NCBI GenBank assembly: GCA_027592645.1
Contig: JAQCKI010000003.1
Span: 1-61,070 of the forward strand
Source of the DNA: Chloroflexota bacterium
GTDB taxonomy: Bacteria > Chloroflexota > Dehalococcoidia > UBA2979
Length of the DNA stretch: 61,070 bases
Reading direction: 5' to 3'
Shown in pieces: positions 27,602 through 36,473 of this stretch (positions are counted from its first letter, which is position 1; the number at the start of each line of letters is the position of its first letter). Position numbers and translations under genes: made by a program. A model generated the notes under the pieces. The model saw nothing but the letters and a program-made list of their open reading frames with translations, had not been told where the DNA came from and made no database searches.

Positions 27602-29104
27602 CTAAGGGATAAACCGAAACGTGCCTGGGTCAGGGAGGTTGTTTGGACCGACGACAAGCACGCTCCCGTCTGGTAGGCGCGTTGCGGTGTGGTTGGTCCG
27701 CGGCTCGGACATGGGTGGGAGCGATCCGAAGGCTCCGATCGTCGGATCAAACAACTCGACCGTGGCTAGTGCCTCGCCGAAACCATGACCCGCGTTCGCA
27801 AGTCCACCGACGATCAGGATCCGTCCGTCGGCGAGCAGCGTCATAGTTTGTGAAGTGCGTCCGGTGCTCATCCCAGGCAGCTTGTGCCCGGCGCGGGCTG
27901 AGGGCATGAGGAGCGCTGCGTCAGACAGCGTGTCGTTTTCCTCGCAACAGCCGCCTGCGAACAGCACGCTACCGTCTGCCAGCGCGACTACGTTCGTGGG
28001 CCAGGCGTCGAGGCCTTCAGGTGGGGAGAGATGGTCGAGCGTGCCGGCTGCGAGATCGAATATGGCCACCTCGCCGCCTCCGACGATGAGCACCTCGCTC
28101 TCCCCGACGAGCAGCGCGCGCGGCATGTCGAAGGCCGGAGGCAATTCAACCGACAAGCTCACCGTGCCGCCCGTCGTCGGATCGAAGATCTCCATGTTCC
28201 GCGGCCGATCGCCGCGCCCGATCCCTCCTATGACGAGCACCCGACCGTCCGGCATGAGTATGGCGTCGTGGGACACTCGCGGGGCACTGAGCGTTCCCGC
28301 CACCGCGAACACTCCGAGTTCCGGATCGTAGATCTCGATCTCCGCCAGGTACGGGTAGGGCTCGACGGATGGATCGCTCATGCCGACACCGCCAATGAGG
28401 ACCACGCGACCGTCCGGCAGGAGCGTCGCCGTGTGAGTCTGACGGGGAAACACGAGCGCGCCGGCTGGCGACCACCTGTTGGTGTCAGGGTCGTAGCGCT
28501 CCGCCTCCGCCACGAGTCCCGATGACCCGACACAGCACCCTCCTGCGACGAGCACTGTGCCACCGTTCAAGAGCGTCGCGGAGTGGAATGAGCGGGCGAT
28601 CTCGGGACTCGCCGCAACAACGAACGTCGATTGCGGTGGTGCAGCAGGTGCTTCGGTGGCTGTTGCTGTTGGCGCTGGCGGGGTGGCGGCCGGCCCCGCC
28701 CCAAGCGGTGCCCCCGACTCGTTCATCGACTGCATGGCGATGAGGAAGACAGCGCCGGCGGCCACGGCGCCAGCCCCCAGGGCGATCCGCCCGGCCCACG
28801 TGGCAACGCGTTCGCCGAGCCAGCCGAGCGGCCCGGCAAGGTGCATCCGACCGCGGGCGGTTCGAGACGCCTCGGCCGGCTCGCCGTCCCAGGCCGCGAG
28901 TTGGTATCGATCCGGGAGCTCCAGCTTCGCGAGCATGTTCGAGACGTGCATCTTCACGGTCGGCAGGGCGACATGCAGCTGATCGGCGATCTCGGCGTTC
29001 GAGTGGCCAAGACGCAACTGATCCAGCACTCGCCACTCAGCGGGCGTGAGTACATCGGGGTGCGGCGGACGACCGCGAACGTGCCGATTCTTGAACCATT
29101 GCAT
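27602..29104 (-). CDS. LuxR-type HTH + TM + extracytoplasmic Kelch beta-propeller protein
   Basis: LTPAEWRVL..G.SNAEIA..L....TVKMHVSNMLAKL; one TM; Pro/Thr linker; repeated H.ATLL.DG.VL..GG...E.YDP units. Confidence 0.85.
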   Translation of the reverse strand: MQWFKNRHVRGRPPHPDVLTPAEWRVLDQLRLGHSNAEIADQLHVALPTVKMHVSNMLAKLELPDRYQLAAWDGEPAEASRTARGRMHLAGPLGWLGERVATWAGRIALGAGAVAAGAVFLIAMQSMNESGAPLGAGPAATPPAPTATATEAPAAPPQSTFVVAASPEIARSFHSATLLNGGTVLVAGGCCVGSSGLVAEAERYDPDTNRWSPAGALVFPRQTHTATLLPDGRVVLIGGVGMSDPSVEPYPYLAEIEIYDPELGVFAVAGTLSAPRVSHDAILMPDGRVLVIGGIGRGDRPRNMEIFDPTTGGTVSLSVELPPAFDMPRALLVGESEVLIVGGGEVAIFDLAAGTLDHLSPPEGLDAWPTNVVALADGSVLFAGGCCEENDTLSDAALLMPSARAGHKLPGMSTGRTSQTMTLLADGRILIVGGLANAGHGFGEALATVELFDPTIGAFGSLPPMSEPRTNHTATRLPDGSVLVVGPNNLPDPGTFRFIP

Positions 29105-29209
29105 GCATACAACCTACGCGGCCGATCGGACGATTTACTACATACTCGGTGATGTGGTGGGTGAGGTGGCGCGCAGAGGGGTGTGCTCCGTGGGCGGTGC
29201 AAGCGCGGA

Positions 29210-29242
29210 CTTGCCGCGGTCCCGAACGGATCGGGACATTGG
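29210..29242 (+). repeat. Direct repeat copy 2 flanking the LuxR-Kelch gene
   Basis: CTTGCCGCGGTCCCGAACGGATCGGGACATTGG; palindromic core GTCCCGA-ACGGA-TCGGGAC. Confidence 0.85.
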
Positions 29243-29319
29243 TCCATAGAGCCTGCCGTGCAGCCCATCGACCCAATAGATGCAGCGGCGTCCGACGTGG
29301 CGTCCGCGGAAGGATCTCC

Positions 29320-30645
29320 ATGTCAGTTCTCCGAAGGTTCTCCGGCCTCGCGCTCGTCGCCGTAGCACTCGTCGCAGTGGGATGTTCACCCGCGGCGCCG
29401 TCCGGCATGGCCACGCCCGCGGCGGGTGGCGAGACGATCGCCACTACGCCCGCGCCCCAGACCGTCGAGGTCATGCTGGGCGAGCTCTACATCGAGCCGA
29501 AGATGATCGAGGTGCAGGGCGGGACCGACTTGACACTGAAGGTCTACAACGAGGGCGTCATCGCCCACGACCTGCAGGTGGAAGGGGTGGGACAGACCGC
29601 CCTACTGAACCCGAAGACGGGCGAAGACCTGAACCTCGGTGTGCTGCCCGCGGGTGAATACAACCTGTTCTGCAGGGTGGCCGGCCACGCGCCCGGTGGC
29701 ATGACGGCGCGCCTCACTGTCACCGAAGCGCCCGAGGGTGCCGCGCACGCCGACCCGTCTCACACGCCGGCCACCCCGGGCGTGATGACCGCGGACGAGA
29801 TGGACGCCCTGCACATGGCGGTCATTGCCGCGTTCCCGGCGGAGACGCAGGGCAAGGGCAACCTGCCAATGGAGCCCGTCATTGTCGATGGGGTGAAGGT
29901 CTTCGAGCTCACGGCAACTGAACTCGACTGGGAGGTGGAGCCGGGCAAGTTTCGCAAGGCGATGGCCTACAACGGCCAGGTGCCCGGCCCGCAGATCCGC
30001 GTGGACCTGGGCGATACGGTTCGCATCGTCTTCCACAACGAACTGCACCACTCATCCTCGATCCACTTCCACGGCCTGTTGGTACCGAACAACATGGACG
30101 GCGTCCCCGGCCTGACCCAGGACCCGGTGAAGCCGGGCGAGACGTTCGTGTACGAGTTCACGGTTCGCAACAACGGGTCGCACATGTACCACTCGCACCA
30201 TGACGCCGCGACACAGGTGCCGATGGGCTTGCTGGGCGCCTTCATCGTGAACGACCCCGCCGATCAGGTCACCGACCAGGACTACGTGATGATCCTGAAC
30301 GACGGCCCACTGGGGTACACGATCAACGGCAAGGGCTTCCCGGCGACGGAGCCGCTGGTCCTGAACTTCAACGAAACGATCCGCATCCGCTACATGAACG
30401 AAGGCCTGCAGATCCACCCGATGCACTTGCATGGCATTGCTCAGCAAGTTGTCGCGCGCGATGGCTTCCCGTTGCCGCAGCCGTACTGGGCGGACGTGGT
30501 GACCATCGCTCCGGGCGAGCGCATCGATGTGATCGTGACCGCCAACGAACTGGGGGTGTGGGCCTTCCACTGCCACATCCTCACTCACGCGGAGAGCTCG
30601 GAAGGCATGTTCGGGATGGTGACGGCGATGATCGTGACCGAGTAG
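29320..30645 (+). CDS. Lipoprotein: N-terminal cupredoxin + two-domain multicopper oxidase
   Basis: VAVGC lipobox; HDL..CRVAGH..GGM (cupredoxin); IHFHG, MYHSH, HPMHLHG, FHCHILTH...GM. Confidence 0.88.
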   Translation: MSVLRRFSGLALVAVALVAVGCSPAAPSGMATPAAGGETIATTPAPQTVEVMLGELYIEPKMIEVQGGTDLTLKVYNEGVIAHDLQVEGVGQTALLNPKTGEDLNLGVLPAGEYNLFCRVAGHAPGGMTARLTVTEAPEGAAHADPSHTPATPGVMTADEMDALHMAVIAAFPAETQGKGNLPMEPVIVDGVKVFELTATELDWEVEPGKFRKAMAYNGQVPGPQIRVDLGDTVRIVFHNELHHSSSIHFHGLLVPNNMDGVPGLTQDPVKPGETFVYEFTVRNNGSHMYHSHHDAATQVPMGLLGAFIVNDPADQVTDQDYVMILNDGPLGYTINGKGFPATEPLVLNFNETIRIRYMNEGLQIHPMHLHGIAQQVVARDGFPLPQPYWADVVTIAPGERIDVIVTANELGVWAFHCHILTHAESSEGMFGMVTAMIVTE

Positions 30646-30674
30646 CGGGCTGTCACGGCCCGCCATGAGGACAC

Positions 30675-30702
30675 CGAACGGGGCGCGTGAGCGCCCCGTT
30701 CG
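30675..30702 (+). terminator. Hairpin after the multicopper oxidase gene
   Basis: CGAACGGGGCGC-GTGA-GCGCCCCGTTCG, a 12-bp perfect stem with a GNRA loop. Confidence 0.65.
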
Positions 30703-30827
30703 CGTTCCCATCACCAGAAGTCGGCGCAATCCGCGCAAATGTGCGTCCGTCCCGGGCAAGGGTGACGGCACCGTATGGCCCCAACCATATGCGCCGCCGC
30801 GCGGCAATTCGCCGTGGCGAGCTGTTC

Positions 30828-31088
30828 ATGATCAAAGCTCGCTACGGCCACGTGCTGATTCGCTCGGCGTACGCGCCGGTCGACCCGGCTCACCGTCGCG
30901 GCGTCACGGTGTCCCGCATCGAAGAACTCGCCGCGCTGGCGGACAGCCGCCACGAACCGATCATCTACGTAGAGACGCCCACCGAGACATCGTTCTTCGT
31001 GCAGGACCTCCCCAACTCCATCTACTCGTTTGTGCTGCCCAATGCCGGCGGAGAGCAGGGAGCGTATGACCCCGCCTTCGCCCGGTAG
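30828..31088 (+). CDS. Small hypothetical protein
   Basis: 86-aa ORF with protein-like composition (MIKARYGHVLIRS...); no family recognised. Confidence 0.5.
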   Translation: MIKARYGHVLIRSAYAPVDPAHRRGVTVSRIEELAALADSRHEPIIYVETPTETSFFVQDLPNSIYSFVLPNAGGEQGAYDPAFAR

Positions 31089-31473
31089 GCTGCTGGTGAT
31101 GGTGGTGGCGATTGGCATCCTGATCGGCGTGGTCGGGATCGTCCAGGGCTCCACGCCCGCGAACTACGTGCCGGCTTCGTTCGCGGGCGTGAGAGCCGTG
31201 CCCTACGACATCAGTCAGATCACCCCTTACGAGTGTCTGGGGCAAGGGGTGAGCACGCTCATCACGGGGTCGGGCGGAAACATCAAGGGAACCAAGGGCA
31301 ACGACCTCATCCTGGGCTCCTCAGCAAAGGGGTCACTTGCGGGGCAGCAGGGCAACGACTGCCTGGTAGGCGGTGCCGGCGCGGACTCACTCGATGGCGG
31401 GCCCGGCACCGACGTGTACATCGGCAACTCGCTCGCCACCTTCAAGCGCTGCGCGGTGATCATCCGCCGCTAG
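31066..31473 (+). CDS. Small secreted protein with RTX-like GGxGxD calcium-binding repeats
   Basis: Hydrophobic signal; GTKGNDLILG, GQQGNDCLVG, GGAGADSLDG, GGPGTDVYIG. Confidence 0.72.
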   Translation: MTPPSPGRLLVMVVAIGILIGVVGIVQGSTPANYVPASFAGVRAVPYDISQITPYECLGQGVSTLITGSGGNIKGTKGNDLILGSSAKGSLAGQQGNDCLVGGAGADSLDGGPGTDVYIGNSLATFKRCAVIIRR

Positions 31474-31508
31474 CATCCGCTAACCTCGTCCCCGCACCGG
31501 CCGAGGGG

Positions 31509-32300
31509 ATGCGCATGCTGATCGCCACCTGGAACGTGAACTCCGTGAGCGCGCGCCTGCCCCGGCTGCTGGAGTTCCTGGAGGCCGTCAGTCCGGACGT
31601 GCTCTGCCTGCAGGAGACCAAGGTCACGCAGGACACCTTCCCGAGGATGGACGTGGAGGCCGCCGGCTACCGCGTGGTGGACCACAGCGGTGGCCGCTGG
31701 GCCGGTGTCGCGCTGCTGGTGCGCGAGGGTCTGCCGGTCGAGGACGTCGCCATCGGTCTGCCCGGTGAACCCCTGCCCGATGAGGCGCGCTGGATCGAGG
31801 CGACCGTGAGCGGCATCCGTGTCGCCTCGGTGTACGTGATCAACGGGCGCACGCTGGATGATCCGATGTTCGCGCACAAGCTGGTGTTCCTGGAGGCGAT
31901 GCGCCGCCACATCGCCGCGCACGCCGCCGCGCATCCGGACATCCCACTCGTCATCTGCGGTGACTACAACATCGCTCCGGCAGACATCGACGTGTACGAC
32001 CCGCGGGCGTGGACTGGCACCACGCACACGTCGCCGGAGGAGCGTGGCCTGCTGAGCGGCATGCTGGAGGCCGGTATGGTGGACGCCTACCGGCACCTGT
32101 CACCGGAGACGGTGCAGTACACGTGGTGGGACTATCGCGGTGGCGCATTCCACAAGAACGAGGGCCTGCGGATCGACCTCATCCTCACCAGCCGGTCACT
32201 GGCGCCGCGGCTCCGCTCGTGTGCGATCGCGCGTGACTTCCGCAAGGGTGCCAAGCCATCCGATCACGTCCCGCTGCTGCTGGAGATCACCGACGCGTAG
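31509..32300 (+). CDS. xth: Exodeoxyribonuclease III
   Basis: ATWNVNS, LCLQETK, SVYVING, CGDYNIAP, YTWWDYR, GLRIDLIL, PSDHVP. Confidence 0.95.
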   Translation: MRMLIATWNVNSVSARLPRLLEFLEAVSPDVLCLQETKVTQDTFPRMDVEAAGYRVVDHSGGRWAGVALLVREGLPVEDVAIGLPGEPLPDEARWIEATVSGIRVASVYVINGRTLDDPMFAHKLVFLEAMRRHIAAHAAAHPDIPLVICGDYNIAPADIDVYDPRAWTGTTHTSPEERGLLSGMLEAGMVDAYRHLSPETVQYTWWDYRGGAFHKNEGLRIDLILTSRSLAPRLRSCAIARDFRKGAKPSDHVPLLLEITDA

Positions 32301-32311
32301 CGCGTGCCCGC

Positions 32312-33088
32312 TTAGCGCCGACGAGGGCGGTCGGGAAGCACCATCCACGTCATGAACCGCGCCATCCGCACGGCGCGACGCAGCGCCACGCGCACGCCGC
32401 CGCGTGCCCGCGGCTGCGCCGCGAGCGTCCGCAGTGCCTCCGCGAACCCGCTGAGCACCGGGTAGCCGTGCCCCGCCAGCGCCGCGTCCGGCGTCATCTC
32501 CGCGAAGCGCGAGAGCGTCCGCAGGTACTCGCCATCGTCGAGGTTCGCCGCACGTAGTGACCGCGCGAGGCCGTCCTGGTGCGAGATCACGAGGTCGCCG
32601 ACGAACGCCACGCCCGCCCGACGCGCGATGAAGCACATCGACCCGGCCGTATGCCCGGGCGTCGGGATCGCGTCGATCCCCGGTGCCACCTCACAGGCAC
32701 CGTCGAGCGGCTGGTCGACGCGCACCGTGCTGCTACGCCCCGGGCCGCGTCGCGGGCCTCGACGGCGGGCGAGCGCCGCTGAGACGCGCCAGCCGCTCGC
32801 ACTGCCGTCCCCCTCGCAGTCGCCACGTCCGAGGGCGACACGCGCGCCGAGCGCCGTCGCGACCGTCTGAGCGGACGCGGCGTGATCGAAGTGACCGTGC
32901 GTCAGCAGCACGTGCGTCACCGCCGCGCCGGCGGCCGCCTCGCGCGCCTGTTCGATCAGCGCGTCCGCGTTCCGCGCGAAGCCGGGATCGATGAGCACAA
33001 ACGAGCCGTCATCGGCGCGTGCCAGGTACGCGTTGCAGCCGCGCGTGCGTTCCATCCACCAGACGCCGGGCAGGAGTTCAACGGCCAT
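32312..33088 (-). CDS. Metallo-beta-lactamase fold hydrolase
   Basis: LIDPG, THGHFDH (HxHxDH), TPGHT, GDLV, GHG. Confidence 0.9.
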   Translation of the reverse strand: MAVELLPGVWWMERTRGCNAYLARADDGSFVLIDPGFARNADALIEQAREAAAGAAVTHVLLTHGHFDHAASAQTVATALGARVALGRGDCEGDGSASGWRVSAALARRRGPRRGPGRSSTVRVDQPLDGACEVAPGIDAIPTPGHTAGSMCFIARRAGVAFVGDLVISHQDGLARSLRAANLDDGEYLRTLSRFAEMTPDAALAGHGYPVLSGFAEALRTLAAQPRARGGVRVALRRAVRMARFMTWMVLPDRPRRR

Positions 33089-33094
33089 GTGGCA

Positions 33095-33652
33095 TCAATT
33101 CACCGAAGGGTCTTCGGGATACCAGCCGTACATCGCCATCGGCCCGTGCTGACGTCGAAGGACGCGTTGCCAGAGCGTGCCGGGGTCATCCGTGAACGGG
33201 TCATCCGGTGCCGCGTCCGCCACGAACCACGCCTCCTCGACGATCTCGCCCTCCAACTGGCCGGGACGCCAGCCGGCGTAGCCGTGGAACACGCGCAGCG
33301 CGAGCACCGCGGACATCGCTTCGATCGTGGACACCGCGAGGTTCAGCAGCCCCACGCCGTCCCGGATCTGCGTCCACCACTCGACGGGGGTTCCCTCGCG
33401 CATCCGCGCCAGCCCGAGGATGGCGGAAGGCTCCACCGGGCCGCCGCTGAACAGCGCCGCCGGGTGCGAGGCGACGCCCGCCCACTCCAGCGCGGCATCC
33501 GCGGCGCGCATCTCCTGAGGCCGGTTGATCACCAGCCCGAACGCGCCCTTCTCATCGTGGAAGCACATGTAGACCACCGTCCGCTCGAAGTTTGGGTCTT
33601 CGAGCACGGGCGTGGCGATGAGTAACCGGCCGGCAAGCGATGGCGTCATCAT
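33095..33652 (-). CDS. YqgE/AlgH family protein
   Basis: GRLLIATP...DPNFERTVV, GLVINRP, GGPV, GYAGW..GQLE.EI...AW, DPSVN. Confidence 0.93.
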   Translation of the reverse strand: MMTPSLAGRLLIATPVLEDPNFERTVVYMCFHDEKGAFGLVINRPQEMRAADAALEWAGVASHPAALFSGGPVEPSAILGLARMREGTPVEWWTQIRDGVGLLNLAVSTIEAMSAVLALRVFHGYAGWRPGQLEGEIVEEAWFVADAAPDDPFTDDPGTLWQRVLRRQHGPMAMYGWYPEDPSVN

Positions 33653-33733
33653 TGGATCATCCGCGCCCGTGGGCGCTCGGGCCAGCGACGCGCGATACCC
33701 TGTCTTGAGAAGAGTTCGTGCAGGGAGCGATGT

Positions 33734-34576
33734 ATGGCCGGCACCGGTGTGATTGATGTAACCGATGTGACGTTCGAGCGGGACGTGATCGAGGCTTCCT
33801 ACCGGCAGCCCGTGGTCGTTGACTTCTGGGCGCCGTGGTGCGGCCCGTGCGTCACCCTGGGCCCGATGATCGAGCGCATCGCCGCCGAACACCCGGATGT
33901 TCGCCTCGTGAAGATCAACGTGGACGACAGCCCGATGGTGGCGCAGGCGTTCGCGATCGAGAGCATCCCCGCCGTGATGGCGTTCTTCAATGGCGATGTC
34001 GCGAGTTCGTTCCTCGGTGCCATGCCGGAGCCGGACGTGCGCGCCTTCTTCGACCGCCTCGGGCCAGCGCCAGCCGACTTGCTGGTGGCTGAGGCGGACG
34101 CCGCGCTCGCCGCTGGTGACTTCGAGGGCGCAGCCGCCCGCTATGGCGCCGCCTTCAGCATCGATGGCGCGCATCCCGGCGCGCGCGCCGGGCTGGCGTC
34201 GCTGCTCATCGATGAGGGCGAGATCGACGAGGCCGAGGCGCTGCTCAACGGCACCGAGGCGACGGCAGCGGTGCAGGCGCAGCGCGCCCGCATCGCCTTC
34301 GCACGCGGCACGGCCGATGTGGACGTTGACGCGCTGCTCGCGCGCCTCGCCGCGGACGAGGACGACGTGCCCGCGCACTACGGCCTCGGCTGCATCGATG
34401 CCAGCGCGGGCCGGTACGAGGACGCGCTGGAGCACTTCCTGACGGTCGTAATGTTCAACCGCGAGTACGAGGCGGATGGCGGCCGGCTACGGGCGCTGGA
34501 AATCTTCGACCTGCTCGGTCCGGATGACCCGCGGACGCACGAATACCGGCGGCGCCTGGGGATGCTGCTCTTCTAG
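33734..34576 (+). CDS. Thioredoxin + TPR protein (CnoX/YbbN-like chaperedoxin)
   Basis: DFWAPWCGPC, SIP, helical TPR region, C-terminal YRRRL..LLF. Confidence 0.9.
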   Translation: MAGTGVIDVTDVTFERDVIEASYRQPVVVDFWAPWCGPCVTLGPMIERIAAEHPDVRLVKINVDDSPMVAQAFAIESIPAVMAFFNGDVASSFLGAMPEPDVRAFFDRLGPAPADLLVAEADAALAAGDFEGAAARYGAAFSIDGAHPGARAGLASLLIDEGEIDEAEALLNGTEATAAVQAQRARIAFARGTADVDVDALLARLAADEDDVPAHYGLGCIDASAGRYEDALEHFLTVVMFNREYEADGGRLRALEIFDLLGPDDPRTHEYRRRLGMLLF

Positions 34577-34589
34577 CCGCCCGTTCGTC

Positions 34590-35357
34590 TCAGGCGTGCG
34601 GGTGACCGTGCATCGAGAGCGGCTCCAGGCCATGCTCGAACAGCAGCGCGGAGTCGGTCAGCACGTCACGGCTCGGGCGGTCCGCCACCACGCGCCCCCC
34701 GTCCAGCACCACCGTCCGAGGCAGGATGTCGCCCACCAGCGCCAGGTCGTGCGTCGCCACGATGATCGTGAGCCGCAGGCGATCCAGCAGCTCGATCAAC
34801 TCGCGCCGAGACCGCGGGTCCAGGTTTGCGGTCGGCTCGTCCAGTGCGAGCAGCGGTGTCCCCATCGAGAGTACCGAGGCGATCGCGACCCGCTTCTTCT
34901 GTCCGAGGCTCAGGTGATGGGGCGCACGCGACTCGAACTCCTGCATTCCCACGGCGGCCAGCGCTTCGCGAGCCCGCGCCAGCACCTCGTCGCGTGGGAG
35001 ACCCATGTGCAGCGGGCCGTATGCCACGTCTTCCAGCACCGTGGGCGAGAACAACTGGTCGTCCGGGTTGGAGAACAGCAGGCCGACCTTCGCGCGGATC
35101 GAGCCGAGCGTGCGCTCCTCTAACCGTTCGCCGAACACGGTGATGTCGCCCCGCTGCGCGCGGTAGATGCCGTTCAGGTTCAGGAGCAGCGTGGACTTCC
35201 CGGAGCCGTTCGGCCCCACCAGCGCCACCTTCTCGCCCGGCTCCACCCGCAGGTTGATGCCGTGCAGCGCCTGCGTGCCGTCCGGGTACGCGTACTCGAG
35301 GCCTTCGACCTCCAGCGCCGCGACGCTCTCCGTCCGTTCGCTCACATCGAGGGTCAT
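34590..35357 (-). CDS. cbiO: ECF transporter ATPase (CbiO/NikO)
   Basis: GPNGSGKST, NPDDQLF, LSLGQKKR, LDEPT, ATHD. Confidence 0.88.
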   Translation of the reverse strand: MTLDVSERTESVAALEVEGLEYAYPDGTQALHGINLRVEPGEKVALVGPNGSGKSTLLLNLNGIYRAQRGDITVFGERLEERTLGSIRAKVGLLFSNPDDQLFSPTVLEDVAYGPLHMGLPRDEVLARAREALAAVGMQEFESRAPHHLSLGQKKRVAIASVLSMGTPLLALDEPTANLDPRSRRELIELLDRLRLTIIVATHDLALVGDILPRTVVLDGGRVVADRPSRDVLTDSALLFEHGLEPLSMHGHPHA

Positions 35358-36142
35358 AGCCGCGCTCCCGCCTGCATCGCCACGCCGAGCACCACGAACG
35401 CGGCCGCTGCCGCGAGGTGCAGCGCGGGCAGCGGGGGATCGTCGAGGAATCTCGGTTCGCCTCGGTAGCCGCGCGCCTGCATCGCGGCGTGGACGCGCTC
35501 GCTGCGCTCCAGGCTGCGCACGAACAGCGACCCGGCCATGTGGCCCACCACCCGTGCACGCCAGCGCACCGAGCCGCCCCCGTGCAACCCGGGCAGCCGC
35601 GCGCTGCGGCTGTCGCGCGCGCGGATCATTCGTTGCGCCTCCTCGCCAATGACGAAGAAGTAGCGGTAGGTGAACGAGATCGTCGCGACGAGCAGCCGAG
35701 GGACGCGCAGCCACCTCAGGGCGCGCAGGATCTGCACCATCGGCGTGGAGGAGACCAGCACCACTGCCATCGCCACCGAGAGCCACGATCGCGCGAGGAT
35801 CGTCGCGACGGCCTGGATGCCCTCGTCGCTGGCGGTCCAGCCCAGCAGCGGCAGCGTGAACACCGTCTCACCGGGGCGCGTGAACATCAGCGGCACGGCG
35901 GCCATCACGAACGGCAGCGCCAGAAACGTCCGCCGCAGCACCAGCCACGGCCCCAGGCGCGAGGCGATGACGAGCGCCAGCACCGGCAGCGCCAGCAGGC
36001 CGATCGCCGTCCAGTCCGCCTCGCGCGTGGTGCTGATCACCAGCACGTACGCGAACACCGCGGGCACCTTGGCACGCGCATCCAGCCGATGCACCGGGCT
36101 GTTGCGGTGCGCGTATCGATCGAGGTGCGCGGCGATGCTCAT
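35354..36142 (-). CDS. cbiQ: ECF transporter T component (CbiQ/NikQ)
   Basis: SPVHRLDARAK, YRY, ARDSR, ERSERVH.AM.ARGY. Confidence 0.9.
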   Translation of the reverse strand: MSIAAHLDRYAHRNSPVHRLDARAKVPAVFAYVLVISTTREADWTAIGLLALPVLALVIASRLGPWLVLRRTFLALPFVMAAVPLMFTRPGETVFTLPLLGWTASDEGIQAVATILARSWLSVAMAVVLVSSTPMVQILRALRWLRVPRLLVATISFTYRYFFVIGEEAQRMIRARDSRSARLPGLHGGGSVRWRARVVGHMAGSLFVRSLERSERVHAAMQARGYRGEPRFLDDPPLPALHLAAAAAFVVLGVAMQAGARL

Positions 36143-36163
36143 CGGGCGGCCGTTAGCAGGGCG

Positions 36164-36463
36164 TCATCCACCCGGCGTCGCGCGGCGCCGCAGGACCTGG
36201 CCGAAGCCGTAGGTCAGTCCTGCCACGATGACCACGCCGGCGATGCCGGCTAGCGCCGTGGAGAGCACCTCGTTCTCGATGCCCGGGATGGTGTAGTCCG
36301 GCAGGATCTCGTAGCCGGGGACCTTGGCGGTGTCGATGAACTCGTGATCCTCGGCGACGCGCTCCAGGCCGTCCGGTTCGCCGGAGGCGAGCCAGGCCGT
36401 GGAGACGGCGAACACCGCCGAGATCAGGATGCCCGCAAGAAGCAGACCGCGTGTACGCCCCAT
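36164..36463 (-). CDS. PDGLE-domain auxiliary subunit (NikN-like)
   Basis: AS..PDGLERVA, LPDY, two TM segments. Confidence 0.85.
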   Translation of the reverse strand: MGRTRGLLLAGILISAVFAVSTAWLASGEPDGLERVAEDHEFIDTAKVPGYEILPDYTIPGIENEVLSTALAGIAGVVIVAGLTYGFGQVLRRRATPGG

Positions 36464-36473
36464 GTGCAGTCTC

